Shown here: piece after piece, positions 23,204 through 36,429 of the stretch
Position numbering within the stretch: the first letter of the stretch is position 1
Layout of the letters: every line of letters starts with the position of its first letter
Assembly (NCBI RefSeq): GCF_036321535.1
Contig: NC_087437.1
Span: forward strand, 121,522,001 to 121,586,000
Source: Camelus dromedarius
Lineage: Eukaryota
Direction: 5' to 3'
Length of the DNA: 64,000 nt
Program-made: the position numbers and the translations under genes
The notes under the pieces: model-generated
What the model saw: only the letters and a program-made list of their open reading frames with translations
The model's database searches: none
Told to the model about the DNA's origin: nothing

Positions 23204-24233
23204 GTGGGCTCGGCTTCTGGCGGCCGGTGCTCCCCCAGAGGACCATGCGGGCAGAGCGACCACCATCAGTGCCCTTTCTTTGTGGAGATGCCCACCTTGA
23301 ATGTGGATCTGATCAGAATGTATAAAAACAGGAGGTTTTTCTTGCCAGCAATTCAGTTAGAAACTGTTAATGACTGAGAATGCAGATTCTGATAAATTAG
23401 GAAGTTAGACTAGACTCGAGAATATTGGACCAAAATTGTTTTCACTGTTTAAACGTGGGCGACGCAGGTCTCTGAGCTGGGAGCAAGTGTCCCCCTTCTG
23501 TCTCTGATGAGCTGTGAGTGCGTGTGCGGCTGCGGGCCTGGCCTTCCGCAGCAGGCCGACCGGGAGGGGCCAGCACGCTGCCCTCCGCCCTGCTCTGCTC
23601 CCATTCTTGTCGGGGCTTTTGTTTGATGGCTGTTTGTACCCTCAGCCCTTCCCACAAGCGCAAGCATTATTTATTCCAAAAAGAACATTTGATTTCATTA
23701 CTTTTCTTGATTATAAAAGCAATGCATACCCACTTAGCAAATTGCTAGACATTTTTAAAACATAAGAAGGGAAATTTAACTCACCCCGTATTCGCGTAAC
23801 CCAGAGATAATGGCTCTGGGTGTTTGTGAACGCGTCCCGTGGGTTCACTTCTGCCGCCCCATAGACGTATTGCTGGAAACTTAACTGTACGGGGAAGAAA
23901 CACGGCAAATCCCCGCACATCCATCGCGCAGAGCGAGCAACGGCTGGCATTTTGTCCTGTGTGCTCAGCTCACCTTCAGTGATAGACACAAATCGTTCGG
24001 GTGAGATGGAAGCCGTCCTTCCCCAGCCCCTGAGGGGCCCCTTTCCCGGCTTGCTGTGTGTTGCATCGTCCTGTTCAGTTTTGTGTTCTCAGATGGCAAC
24101 GCGTGTCTTCTGTGCACACAGGGTAGGCGTGCACACAGGGGTGTGTGATTGGCGGGCGTTGTTAGACGTGCTTCTCAGTGAGGTGAGCGACGGCAGCTGT
24201 GGCGGAGTCTCTCACCCCATGTGTCTCTTGCAG

Positions 24234-24402
24234 AACCAGCAGACAGACATCCGAATCGGAAAGCCAGAGGGCAGCTACGGACAAAGATAGAGTCCGGCGA
24301 GGGGACGATCCCGGTCCGCTCGAACGCGGGCATCCAGACATGGGACGGGGTGCTGCAGGGGGAGAGGCTGCTCACCATGTCCTGCAGCGACAAGATGGCC
24401 CG
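24234..24402 (+). CDS. ADARB1: ADARB1 coding exon 6 (base-flipping GEG loop, SCSDK Zn ligand)
   Basis: ttgcag|aa...cg|gtaagg; [56 protein letters not shown]; 169 nt. Confidence 0.99.
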
Positions 24403-24891
24403 GTAAGGCCCCGGCCGTGCGCCGCCCCCGCCCCCGTGCTTCCTCGGGTTCTGTGAAGGATCGACCTTCGAGACAGGTGCTTCAGGGCCACCTTGAGGGC
24501 ATAAAGGCGGGCCTCTGTGGGCCTGTGCTTCTGGGTTTCCACGGAAGCCTCATTACAGAGGCCCCGTGGGTGAAAATCATCGGCCGTTGGCGTCAGAGCG
24601 CCACCTCCAGCCCCTCCCCTGGTGCCGGTGGGGTACGGCTGAGAGTGCCAGCCTCTGGTCTCACACGGTGGCTCCACAGACAACCAGACCCTACCCGCAG
24701 GCGAGTGATGAAATCCTCCTCGTTCAGGCAGCAAAAGACACCTTCACGGGTCCTTCACTTAGGAAGTTCCAGGAGTTCTAAGAGCTGTGAGGCAAGAACC
24801 CCAGCAGAAGACCAAACGTATGCAAGGGGAAGTAGATTTTTGGTTGTCTGGATGATGAAGTGCACCTTCCTGATAAGTCTCAACGTCACAA

Positions 24892-25285
24892 AGACTGCGG
24901 CTTCGTGGTGAGCCATGAAGCCGGTCGTGCCCATTCTCCAGCTGTTTGTCCCCCTCCGGGGAGCTGGAGGCTCTTCTGAGCCTTCTGCCCCGTCCTCAGG
25001 ATCAGCTGTCGACATCCGCAAGATACCTTGCTGGGGTTCTGGCGGGTTCTGTGCTGAGCCTATAGATCTGGCTGCGAAGAGCTGACGCCGTGACAGTGTT
25101 GAGTCTTCTGTCCGTGAATACGAGGCAGCTCTCGTTTATTTGGTTGCTTGACTCCCTCATCAGCTTTGTAGTTTCCTTCTATAGGTCCTGTGTATGTTTT
25201 GTTAGATTCATACCTAAGTATTTAATTTTCGGAGGTATTAATAATGTAAACAGTACTGCTTTGAATTTCACTTGTTCATTGTCAC
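24892..25285 (-). mobile_element. LINE-1 ORF2 fragment, inverted 5' segment
   Basis: Reverse-strand L1 motifs (cttgctggggttctgg...ttgagtcttctgtccgtgaa...ttagattcatacctaagtattt). Confidence 0.7.
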
Positions 25286-26220
25286 AACTACTTTTTGATC
25301 AAGGCTCAACACCAATTCAGTCAAGAAAGAATAGTCTTTTTAACAAATGGTGCTGGGATAATTGGAGACCCCAACGTGAAAACAGCCAAATGAACTTCAT
25401 GTTTTGCACCATAGGCAAAAATTAACTCAAAACATGTCATAGACCTAAACGTGCAAAAGTTCCAGAAGGAAACAGGAAACAATCCTGGCACCTGGGATGG
25501 GCAGTTTCCCAGATACAACACCAGAAGCGCTCTCCATAAAGGGAAAAAACGGTAAACTGGACCTCATCGAGTTAAAAATTACTTCGTTGAAAAACACTAT
25601 TAAAAGAATGAGAAATAAAGTCACTGACTGGAAGAAAATGTTTCCAAATCATGTGTCTGATAAAGGACCTGGACCCAGGACATGTAAAGACCCTCAAAAC
25701 CCAACGAGGAGGAAGAACTGTTTAAAGGACGGGCGGAATATCTGAACGGCCACTTCACTAAAGCGATGCCCAGCAGACCTGTGGACAGATGCCGGCGTGG
25801 CGAGCCAGCAGGCAGGCCGGCCCCAGCCCTGCTGGGGTGTAAGTAGCGTAGTCACCTTGGAAGACAGTCTGATGGTTTCTTGAAGGTTAAAGGTGCGCCT
25901 GCCCAACGCCCAGCTGTTCTGCCGCTCTGCTTCCCGAGGGACGTGGAAGCACGTGTCACGCAGACTCACCCAGGGGCACTCCCAGCGGCGTCTCTGAAAG
26001 CGGGAAGCAGCCCAGTGTGTAAACGGGGTGTGTCCGTGCGACAGAACACTGCTCCGGCGAGAAACAGAGTGAACAGCGATGTAGCCGAGCCCACACGGAC
26101 ACGTCGCAGAGCAGTGGTGCAGAGTGCGCGGAACCAGAGTGGAAGGAGTGCTTGCTGTGTGACTCCACGTGCGCAGACGTCTAGCAAATGCAGACCACCT
26201 CGCAGGGACAGACAGCAGGC
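25286..26220 (+). mobile_element. LINE-1 ORF2 3' part and 3' UTR (sense)
   Basis: atagtctttttaacaaatggtgctgggataattgg (FNKWCWDNW), aaaattaactcaaaa, gactggaagaaaatgtttccaaatcatgtgtctgataaagg. Confidence 0.8.
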
Positions 26221-28249
26221 CAGGCGCGAGGGCGGGGCAGCGGGCACGGGGCCTGGGGCAGGGCGTGCGGAGGCTTCGGGGAGCTCGCGGGGCTGCGCAC
26301 CTCTGCCCGCCTGCACCACGGGCAGGGGCCTGCGTGTCCGACGCCCCCCAGCCGCTCGCGGAGAAGAAATCCTGGCGAGCGAGAGAACGGTCATGAGTAA
26401 ACGACAGAGTGCGAGCAATGGAACAAACGCGCATGAGCGTGAAGAAGGGAACAGCGGCGGGGGGCGGGGGGGGGGGAGACGGCGTTTCGTGTGCAGCGGA
26501 GACGAGCGACCACAGCAGCCAGGCCGGCGCAGCCGCTGCAGGAGCGCGATGGGGCCCCGGTCCCGGCTGTCAGGCCCAGCGGGGGCAGAGGAGGCGGCGC
26601 GGCCGGGCGCCCCAGCAGCTGCGAGGGGCGCTACGGACAGCTTCCCTCCCCGCGGGTCCTGAAACTGAGCTGAAGTTAAAAGGTTTTAGAAAAATGTGCT
26701 TTCTTAAAATTGACTCAAGCAAAGCAGAAAATTTGAATGGAATTGTAGGCATTAAAGGTATTAAACCAGTCCCCCACTTCCAGGAAAGAAAGAAGTTGAA
26801 GAAACTCAGAGAAAGGAGGTGGCTGTGTAGAGAAACGGCTCTCCCCGAGTCCTCTGCACTTTGGGGGTGGGCAGCCGTCCCCGCTTGTCTGTGTCTAGAG
26901 ATCAGAAGAACAGGGGAAGAGCCCCAGCTCATACTGCGGGGTGCTGCCGCCTGTGTCCCCCAGCCAGACGGGGCGGGGCGAGGCGGCAGGCCAGCCGCAG
27001 TGCAGACAGGCACGCGCACACCAGCTCCGGTAGCACTCGGACTCGTCTGGCCAGGTTTTTCCACGTCTGTAAGTAAAGCAATGTAACTGAAGCCTCATCA
27101 TTTTTCACAGCACCTGAAGACCTATCCCAGCACTCGGGTGGAAGACTAACAGTGTAAGTCCGGGCGGTGGCAGCAGAAGGCTGCTGTCACGGGGGACAGA
27201 TCTGGGAGAGACGGCCGGGTGCAGGGAGAACCGCTGATGCTGAGTTTGCCGCTGCTTAACAGGAAGCGTGAACCAAATGGAAGCGTGCGCCTGTCTCACG
27301 GGAGAGCACACGCAAAGGCAGGTCACCCAGAGCTGCTGCGCTGGGTCTCTGGTTGCCCGGAGGCCGGGTTCCGGCTTCCACCCTGTCCATCCTGCATCCT
27401 GTCCTCAGAGCCTTCCCAGCGCCCAGAGGTGGCCAGATGCCAGCCTGGGGTCTGAGTCCCGGCAGCAGAGGGCCCGGCGGCAGGCCGCCAGCTGGCTCTG
27501 TGCCCCTGAGCAGCTACGTTTCACCATCTAGAGCCCGGGCAGGGGTCAAGTCTCCCTGCGGAGCAGGCTCGGGGAGCCGTCTGGAGGAGGATGGAGGCTC
27601 TGTCGCCCGGAAGGGAGGGAACGCGGGGCCGCTGCTGTGGTCTGTGCTGTGTGCGACTCACGGAAGAGGTGGCCTGGTCAGCGTGGGGACCGTGTGCACG
27701 CAGGGAACTGAGCCCTCCTCCCGCCCGTGCACGGAAGCATCTTCCAGACAGAGGAGGACCCGGGTGTGAAAAGGGGTGCCCGGCAGCATTTGGAGCCTCC
27801 ACCTCGGCGGTTTCTCAAACAGGGCACAAGAAACCCAAGTTATAAAGCAAAACATGAATAAATTTGGCTGAATTGAGATTTTAAAACTTATGCGCTAAAA
27901 ACCCCACAGATGCACTATGAATAGAAGGCCACGCACTGGGAAGAGGGTTCTGACACACAGAACCAGCAGGGGGTATAAAGACAGTTCCCGCAGCTCAGCC
28001 AACGGCCCTTGCTGGCAGGATGTGACCGTTCTGCCTCCTTGAAATGCGGGCCCCCCCCCCCCACGCTTGAAAGTCAGGCCTCACTGATGTGAAGCCTTGA
28101 GGTCCGTGTGGACGGTGCCTCATCTCAAGGAGAAGGCAGAGGTGAACGGGCGGGAGCACAGGGCGCAGGGACGGCTCCTGGCAGGGACGGCGTTGGGACA
28201 AGCGCCCAGCCGCTCCTCCTCTCACCCCTCGACTCCAGGGGGCCCCCCC

Positions 28250-28780
28250 TGCACCCCATGCGGGCTGGCGCCCTGCAGGTCAGCTCAGGTCTGACACCTC
28301 CCGGGGTTAGTGCAGACCCCCAGTTTCGGGGCTCACCCACGAGGCTGCGCCTCAGCCACCGGGTGCTGGCATTGGGTGCCCAGGGTCTGACTGGGCTGCA
28401 CCCCGAGGGTCCCTTGACCCTCCCTGGGTTGAGGACCTTGGTGGAATGGCTCCCAGAGCTCAGGGGAAACCTCCGCTTTAGGTTTACTGGCTGGTTATCT
28501 ATCAGGGAAACCACCCAGGAGCAGCCAGTTTGTGGGGGTCCTGGGGGTGCGGGGGGAAGGGGGTGTCCCAGCCCCCAGCTCCTAGCCCTGACCCTAGGGG
28601 TCTTCGTGCAGATTGATCGGTTCCTTGGCCCTTGGTGATTAACTCAACCCAGCCCCTCCCCTCCAGGGAAGGGTGGGGGGCGGGGCTGAGTCCCAGCCTG
28701 CGATCTGTGGCTGGTTTCCCTGGAGACCAGCCTCTCCCTCCTCATTTGCATAAACTTTGAATCGCTGAAAGAAGCCTGTC
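28250..28780. mobile_element. MER21-like LTR remnant
   Basis: gaatggctcccagagctcaggggaaac...tttactgg and ttggcccttggtgattaactcaacccagcccctcccctcc...ctcatttgcataaact resemble MER21 as recalled. Confidence 0.6.
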
Positions 28781-30724
28781 ATTCAACACCACACCGCCCC
28801 TGGCTGGAGGGCGCCCCCGCAGCGCCCCGGTCCCTGCCGAGAGGGCGTGTAGAGTCCCCAGGGAAGGTCGATGGGCAGGCGCCAGGCCAGCTGACCTGGG
28901 GCCGTGGGCTCAGGTGAGAAGGGAGGTGCCGTCTGTCCATCCAGCGGGCAGCGTGGCTGAGATGTGGCACGGGGGCTGCATGGGGCGCAGCGATGGGAGG
29001 GGCCTGCAGGGACCCACCAGCTCTGCTGGGCCATGAGAGGGAGGGTCCCAGCCTCCAGGCTCTGGGTGCACCCCCACCCCCAGGGCTGCAGCTTGACTGT
29101 TCAGAGCTGTAGGGGGAAAGGGGCTTCCGCTGTGCTGGGGGTAGGCTGGGGTCAGTGCAGGGAAGCCGGATGGGGGTGAGGCAGCAGGACCTGCTCTGAA
29201 CCCCGTGCTCCAGAGGTAACGTGTAAGGAAGGGGAGAGCAGGAGGCCGCTCGTGGGTCACGGGGTCGTGGGGTCGGCCAGGCAGGGGCGCAGCACCCCCT
29301 GTGCCGGCTTCCAGCTTTGCCTGAGCATGCCCTGTCGCCATCACTGCCCAGCCCTGCTGGGTCTTTCTCCCGGGGGAGTCTCGCCCTCACCGTCGCAGGG
29401 CTCGCTGGCGGGAGGCGTGCCCCAGCGGTTCCATCCCAGGGCCTCCGCAGAGCGGCCGGGCTCCTGGCTCCTGCGACGAGGCCTGTGTTCGGCATCTATG
29501 GCTTGTAACAACACAGGCTTCTGCCAGATCACGGCTCTGAAGGTTCCCCGGGCGGCTGCTCTCAGCTTCTGACTTACTTGAGAAAGCGACCCGTGCACTT
29601 TGTAAGCGCTGAGTTGTCTCCTACTTTCTCACTGGGCAGGAAAACCAGGTTTTAATTTCCTTGTTAGGGAGCGGGAGGCCTGGGCTGTCGGAGTCAGGAC
29701 TTACTGCCTGTTCAGCACGTATTTGCTGCTCTGCGTGTACCAAGTGTGCAGCTCCAGTGAATTAAACAGAGACCCTCCGGTGTGGAGCTTCTGTACTTGG
29801 GCGGGTTTTGGGGGGGGGGGTAAGTTTTGCGGGAAGTTAGCCAACCAATGTGGGGACCAGTTTGGCTCAGGTGATGGCTGCAGACAGAGATGGGGGCGCT
29901 GAGGCCAGGGACTGTCTGGGGACTGTGTTCCAGGGTGAAGGGATGGTGGTCAAGGTCCTGAGGGAGCAGAAGGAGCCCGGCGGCCGGAGCCTGGGGGAGG
30001 GGTGGTGGCAGGAGGCAGGGAGCTGAGGAATGCCAGGTCAGACAGGCTGGCAGGGACTGGGATGGTGTCGTTTGGGAGGAAGATGGGGAGTATCGGGAGG
30101 TTTCGCACTCAGAGTGGCCTGTCCTGCCTGGGCTGGGCCCCTGGGGGCGGGGGCTGTGGTCACTGGATTGCCCTTGGGAGGGGCGGCGAAGTGGGCAGGA
30201 GGTGACCTGACCCGGGATCAGCAGAGGCAGTGGCACCAGCAGCCCCTGATCTGTTCAGAGAGAAAGTCCCAAGGTTTGCTGGCCGCTGGCCTGTGACAGG
30301 GATGGGGAGGCGGCCGTGGTCCCAGCCATTTGGCTTGAGCCAGAGCGCGGGCTGACCCCCTCTCGGAGCAGGAAGCATCAGCTCCCATGCGCAGGGGCTC
30401 CTTTAGGGCTCCCGTCTTTATTAACGTAATAAAACAGAGATTTGCTTTTCTGGTTGATTTTTCTTACGAGAAGCGTGGCTTACTGACACCTTTCCCTAAG
30501 TGATCTTCAGTAAATGTGTCGTCAAGAGAAACACGGACCAAAGATCGTCCCAGCTCTAGATGACTTTTAAGCAGGTTTTTCTTTATAAAATGTTTAGCTG
30601 CTGAGTCACCCGTTTCCTCTTTGAATGGCTGGCACGTGCACAGAACCCCAGCACGTTGGTGTCAGCGCGGTGGGGTGGTGAGCCCGAGGCCGCCCGCACT
30701 GAGCTCCTGTCCCTGTGCCCCCAG

Positions 30725-30906
30725 GTGGAACGTGGTGGGCGTCCAGGGCTCCTTGCTCAGCGTCTTCGTGGAGCCGATCTACTTGTCCAGCATCATCCTG
30801 GGCAGCCTGTACCATGGGGACCACCTCTCCAGGGCCATGTACCAGCGCATCTCCAACATAGAAGACTTGCCCCCCCTCTACACCCTCAACAAGCCTCTGC
30901 TCAGCG
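30725..30906 (+). CDS. ADARB1: ADARB1 coding exon 7 (ends at a GC donor)
   Basis: ccccag|g; WNVVGVQGSLLSVFVEPIYLSSIILGSLYHGDHLSRAMYQRISNIEDLPPLYTLNKPLLS; keeping frame with the next exon requires g|gcaagt. Confidence 0.97.
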
Positions 30907-31553
30907 GCAAGTATCTCCATGGCCTGTGTCCTCTCCCCACGGACCTGGTTTGCAGCGTGGAAGTCTTAGGAGTACAGTTCTGGGCGGGGGCAGCTGCCCT
31001 GTGGCGGGGGCTGGCCTTTCTGAAGGGCAGAGGCAATGGGTCATTTAAGGGAGTCCCTCGGGGTTACTGTCTCTTGCCGACTGAAAACCTTGCCGTTTAT
31101 GGGGAAATTACAGCCCAGGTCCTGCACCTCTGTGCGGCCCGTTCACCCATCCTTACGTCTCAGCCGTAGAGGCTCACAGATGCCAGCCACGAGGGTTACG
31201 CAGGCATCAGCCGCCCTAGCTTAAGCTGGGCTGGGCCTCGCGGGACAGGCGCCCACGGCGGTGAGCGGGCCGCCCGGAGGAGGCCGGTGCTGCAGCGCGT
31301 GCCGGGACAAGCGGGCGACCACCCCCCTCCCCCGTGCCCTGTGTTACCGGTTGTTTGTTGTTTTTCTTCTAGAGTGTCAGAGGCTAGCAGTAAAGTGAGC
31401 GAGCGCTTTTGAATTCAAGGGTCCTAAGCTCTCAGTTCGCCCTTGTTTAAAAGGACACAGTTAAGGTATTTTTATCCTTTTGAAAATATCGCTTTACTTA
31501 CTTTTTTTAAGCTCAGAACTAAACCCGTAACCCTAAACTAGAATGCCTCTTTC

Positions 31554-31556
<3 letters not shown>

Positions 31557-31607
<51 letters not shown>
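31557..31607. repeat. (GT)n microsatellite, about 25 units
   Basis: Perfect gt run. Confidence 0.98.
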
Positions 31608-31608
<1 letters not shown>

Positions 31609-34599
31609 CGTGTTCTGTGGTGCTCGCTACTGGCACATTTTTAACTGGAGGAAAGCAGTGTGGAATTTTATTTGAAAGCATGTCTCTTAAAGCACATAAA
31701 TTCTGCCAGAACCGAGAAAAACAAAGGTTGTTATGGGGCAAATCTTACAGCTCTCTAACCTTATCCGTTATCTTTTAAGAAAAAAAATAGACTGATAAAA
31801 TGCGATGGCGTGTCAGTTGAAGCTGTAGCGCACGTCCGTTGGCGTTCTGCTGGTAGACGTGAAGTAAGTGTATTCTGGTGTGTGCTGGTGTATGAATTTC
31901 TCATGAGTCAGAAAATAATCTTCCCTGTTTAGTCTCTGGCCTGTGTCTGAAGGAAGACTGCCCTGTTTCATTTCAGCTGTCGCTTGTCTTTTATGTTCAT
32001 AGACACTGGAACGTCGTGTGGAGTCCGTGGCACGTGGGCGGTGCTCAGGAAGAGCTGTTGGCAGGTGCCTGGTTGAACGGTGCCGAGCATTGTTGCCTCT
32101 GTCACCGTGATCTGAAAAGACAGGGTCGTTTTGCTGGAAGCGTGTTCTGAGGTGCTGGGAGGAGGGCTCACTGACAGAGGTCAGGTGTGTTCTTCCCACG
32201 TCGTGTGCGTGAGGTGCATCCGTATCTGTACGAACACGCGGACAATACTGCTTTGGTGCTGCTCCGTGCAGATTTGTTAAAAACATGAAGTTATAAATAG
32301 CAAAAGAGTCTGCTCTTCTGTCTTCCTGCCTGACATCACTTCTGATCCCCAGCGGGACGCTCAGCCCTTGCGGTCGCGCCCCCTGCCGCAGGCCTGGCTT
32401 GGAGCTCGCCTCATCGGCAGCCCCGTGCGGCTTCTTCACCTGCCCAGGATGGGCTGGGCCGAGTATCAGCACAGCCCTCCCAGACCAGTGAAACTCGGGG
32501 ACAGCCTCAGGTCTCAGGGAGCAAGCGTTTCTCGAATGCTGAGCCGGGAGACAAGGTCACTGGCCTCAAAGTCTATTTCAGAATGCAAACTGTTTGAAAT
32601 GGCTCACTTCGGATAAATGCTTTATTTGGAACCAGTGGTGTTTTGTGTCCCTTTGAGAGAGCTCACATTGGCACTGCAGGGAGCCGGGAGAAGACACCTT
32701 GGGGTAGGGGAGCAAGGCCTGAGAGGGAGGGCAGCAGGATGCCCCGCAGAGCAGCAGCGAGGTCCGGCCTCCCGGGGAATCCAGCTCAGAGGCAGATACC
32801 ACGACAGGTGCCACCCAGATGAAAGATTTGGTCCAGAGAAATCTGGAGGGGGTGTCGCTGTCATAACGGTTTGGGAGGGCCCACTGCCCTGTGCAGGGCC
32901 CCACGGCAAAGCCCTCAGAACTCTCTCTCTCACAGCGAGGTCCCACAGGGAGTGAGTGACTGGTCCAGGGAGGAACCAGCATCCTGGGGCCCCTCTGGTC
33001 CTCTTGCAGTGCAGACGTGTGCGTGTAACCAGTCACGCAGGTTGTTGCTCTTTTTCCACCTCTCAGTTTACCGCGGGCCACTCCCATGCTGGGACAGAGT
33101 GGTGTGTAACAGCAGCGAGAGAGCTTTGCGTCCTCGGGGAGCGACGAGAATGGGCCACGACGTGCTGCGGAGGATGGCGCGGGGGGTGGCGCGGAGAGCA
33201 GCTGGTTTGCCTGGAAACCAGAGCAGACAAGACAGACGTTCATGAACGATGTAGCGATGGGCTGTTCTTGCAAATGCCGACAAGGTTAAAACGAGAAGGA
33301 TTTCACTTGCATTTCAGCATAGAAAGTAAACGCCCAGGAGGGACCTGCCGGTGGCAGCGGCGCCGCATGAGCCCCGCCTCAGACGCTCAGGTGCGGCTCT
33401 TCCCGGGGACTTGGAAGCAGAGCCTCAGCGCCTTCGCACTCCTCCTTTTCCGTTGAGTTTCAGATCCGACACCTGCGAGTCTCAGAACAGTTCTGCGTCT
33501 CGTTCACTCCGTTGGCCCTTGAGTCTGAGTTTCTCGACTGGCTGGTGTGCTGTCAGGCACCCCGAGAGATCTCAAGAGGTAGGACCAAGGTGCTTGACTG
33601 TCCCGGGGCTGTGGGGACAGCCAGGCTGCCCCGGCTCATGGGGTCAGACTCCTCTCAGTGCTGGCTCTACTGCCGACACCGTCACAAAACAGTAACAGGC
33701 AGGGAGAGATCAGGATGCAGGAGGAGATGGTGTGGAGCTCACCTCCCGCCACGGACACATCAAAAATCCATCCGCCTGTGGGAAGATTCTCACGGAGAGC
33801 CAGCCGGACGCTGACACGGGACTCCTGCACAGCCAGGGCAAGGCTGCGAGGAAGGTTCCCACGGAATCGGCAGAATGGGAAGAAAAGCACCGGGGCAGGG
33901 CCTGCACTCACGGGAGGGGGCTCCCAGGAAAGGGGAGGTCGCTCCCTGGGAAAGGGGAGGGCGCAGGGGCAGATGCCTGCCCTGGGAGACAGCGGGTGGA
34001 GCCGCAGGCTTTGTCCGACGTGCAGGAGGCAAGGCTGGCTGGCCGCTGGGAGAGCCGGGGTACAGATAGAAGTTGGGAGAAGCCTGGACTAAACTCGTGA
34101 GGAGGACGCGGTGCTGGCTGAGCCCGCCCAGATGGAGAGAGGTCTGCCCAACGCGCTGGCCCTGCTCACTCCACGCCACACCTTGGCACTGGACCCAGGG
34201 CGGCCAAGACCGGGGAAGAGACTCCATGTAGGGACGCAGAGGCGACTCAGAGGCCCGGGGTGGGGCCCAGGCAGGGTGATGCGGCCGCTGTTGGAGCTCA
34301 CCCAAGCGGTGCCCCAAAGCAGCCCAGACTTCTGACGGCAGCGCGGCCACCTGGACTCCCACGACGGCCTTGCCAGGCGCCTTAGTCCAGCCCCGCCAGC
34401 TCCACACACGGCACAGCACTAGGTCTGGGGCGGCCACACAGTGGAGAGAGGAGGCTGAGGGCTGCACCCGAGCAGAGCCACGGACGCCCACACAGGCGGC
34501 GCTCTGGACCACTGTGAGCGCACGAGCCCCGCTGCTTCCGCCATCCCCTCCTTTGGGGCGGAGCCCCCAGTGTGAAGAGCAGAAGAAACACACGTGGAG

Positions 34600-34796
34600 G
34601 GAGCAGCTGGTGTATGCAGACAGGCTCACACTGCACCGCACAGAGAAATATATTCAGTGTCTTACAGCGGCTTATGGTGAAAAAGAGCGTGGAAATGAAC
34701 ATATGTATGTTCACGTATGCCTGAAGCACTGTGCTGTGCACCAGAAATTGACACAACGTTGTAAACTGGCGATAACTCAATAAAAAAATAAATAAG
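34600..34796 (+). mobile_element. LINE-1 3' terminus with A-rich tail (cetartiodactyl/camelid-like)
   Basis: gaagcactgtgctgtgcaccagaaattgacacaacgttgtaaactggcgataactcaataaaaaaataaataa. Confidence 0.75.
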
Positions 34797-34814
34797 GGAA
34801 CACAGCCAGCTTGA

Positions 34815-36398
34815 GCGCATTTTTCAACCACAATGGTGTGAAACTAGAATAAAAACGGGTAAAGAACAAATACATGGAGACTAAACAACAAGCTACTAAA
34901 AAGCCAGTGGGTCAGCAATGAACCAAAGAGGAAATCAGAAAATACCTCAAGACAAATGAAAGTGGAAACACAACTTTCCAAAATACGTGGGATGTTGCAA
35001 AAGCAGCTCTAAGAGGGACGTTCACAGCAATACAGGCCTTCCTCAAGAAACAAAAAAATCTCAAAGAAACAACCTAACCTACCATTTAAAAAGATTAGGA
35101 AAAGAAGAACAAAGCCCAAAGTCAGCAGAAGGAAGGAAATAATAAAGATCGAAGAGGAAGTAAATAAAATAGAGGTTAAAAAAAAAAAAAAAACAATAGA
35201 AAAGACCAGCGAAACCAAGAGCTGGTCTTTTGTACAGATGAAAAAAAAAATGATAAACCTTCAGCCAGGCTCACCAAGAAGAAGAGAGAGAGGCCTTAAA
35301 TAAACAACATAAGAAACGAAAGAGGAGAACTATAACCAATATCACAGAGATACAAACGATCATAAGAGAACGCTGTGAACAGTTACATGCCATCAAACTG
35401 GACAACCTAGAAGAAGTGGACAAATTTCTAGAAATGTACAGCCTGCCAAGACTGTCAAGAAGAAACAGACAATTTGAACAAGACCAATCACTAGAAGTGA
35501 AATTGATTTGTAATTAAAAACAAAAACAAAAACAAAAACTCCTAGCAAACAGAAGTCCAGGACCAGATGGCTTCACGGGGAATTCTACCAAACGTATAAA
35601 GAAGAATTTATACCAATCCTTCTCAAACTATTCAAAAAACCTGAAGAGGGTGGAATACGCCCAAATTTATTCTATGAGGCCACTGTTACCCTGATACCAA
35701 AACCAGACAAAGAAACTACAAAAAAGAATATTAAGGACCAATATCTTTGATGAAAATAGATGCAAAAATCATTAATGAAATATTAGCAAGCTGGACTCAA
35801 CAATACATAACAAGGATCATATACTGTGGTCAAGTTAGATTCATCCCAGTGTCACAAGGATGACACAACATATGAAAATCAATCATTGTGATACACCACA
35901 TTAACAGAAATAAAGATGGAAGCCATATAGTCATTTCAATAAACACAGAAAAAGAATTTGATAAAATTCAATATCCATTTATGATTAAAAAAAATCTCTC
36001 ATTAAAGTGGGTGTAGAGGGAACATACCTCAACATAATAAAGGCCATTTACAACAAACCCACAACCAGCATAGTACTCACTGGTGAAAAACTGAATGCCT
36101 TCCTGCTAAATTCAGGAACAAGACAAGGATGCCCACTCTCACCACTCCTATTTAACATAGTATTGGAAGTCGTAGCCATAGCAATCAGACAAGAAAAAGA
36201 AGTAAAAGGCATCCAACTTGGAAGGAATGAGGTAAAACTGCCACTGTCTGTAGATGTCACAACACTCTATACAGGGAGTCCTACAGTCTCCTCCCAAATA
36301 CTGTCAGATAGTAAGTGAACTCAGCAAGGTTGCAGGACGACGTGATCACCACACAGAAACCTGCTGTTTTGTACACTAACAATGAACATCAGAGAGAG

Positions 36399-36429
<31 letters not shown>

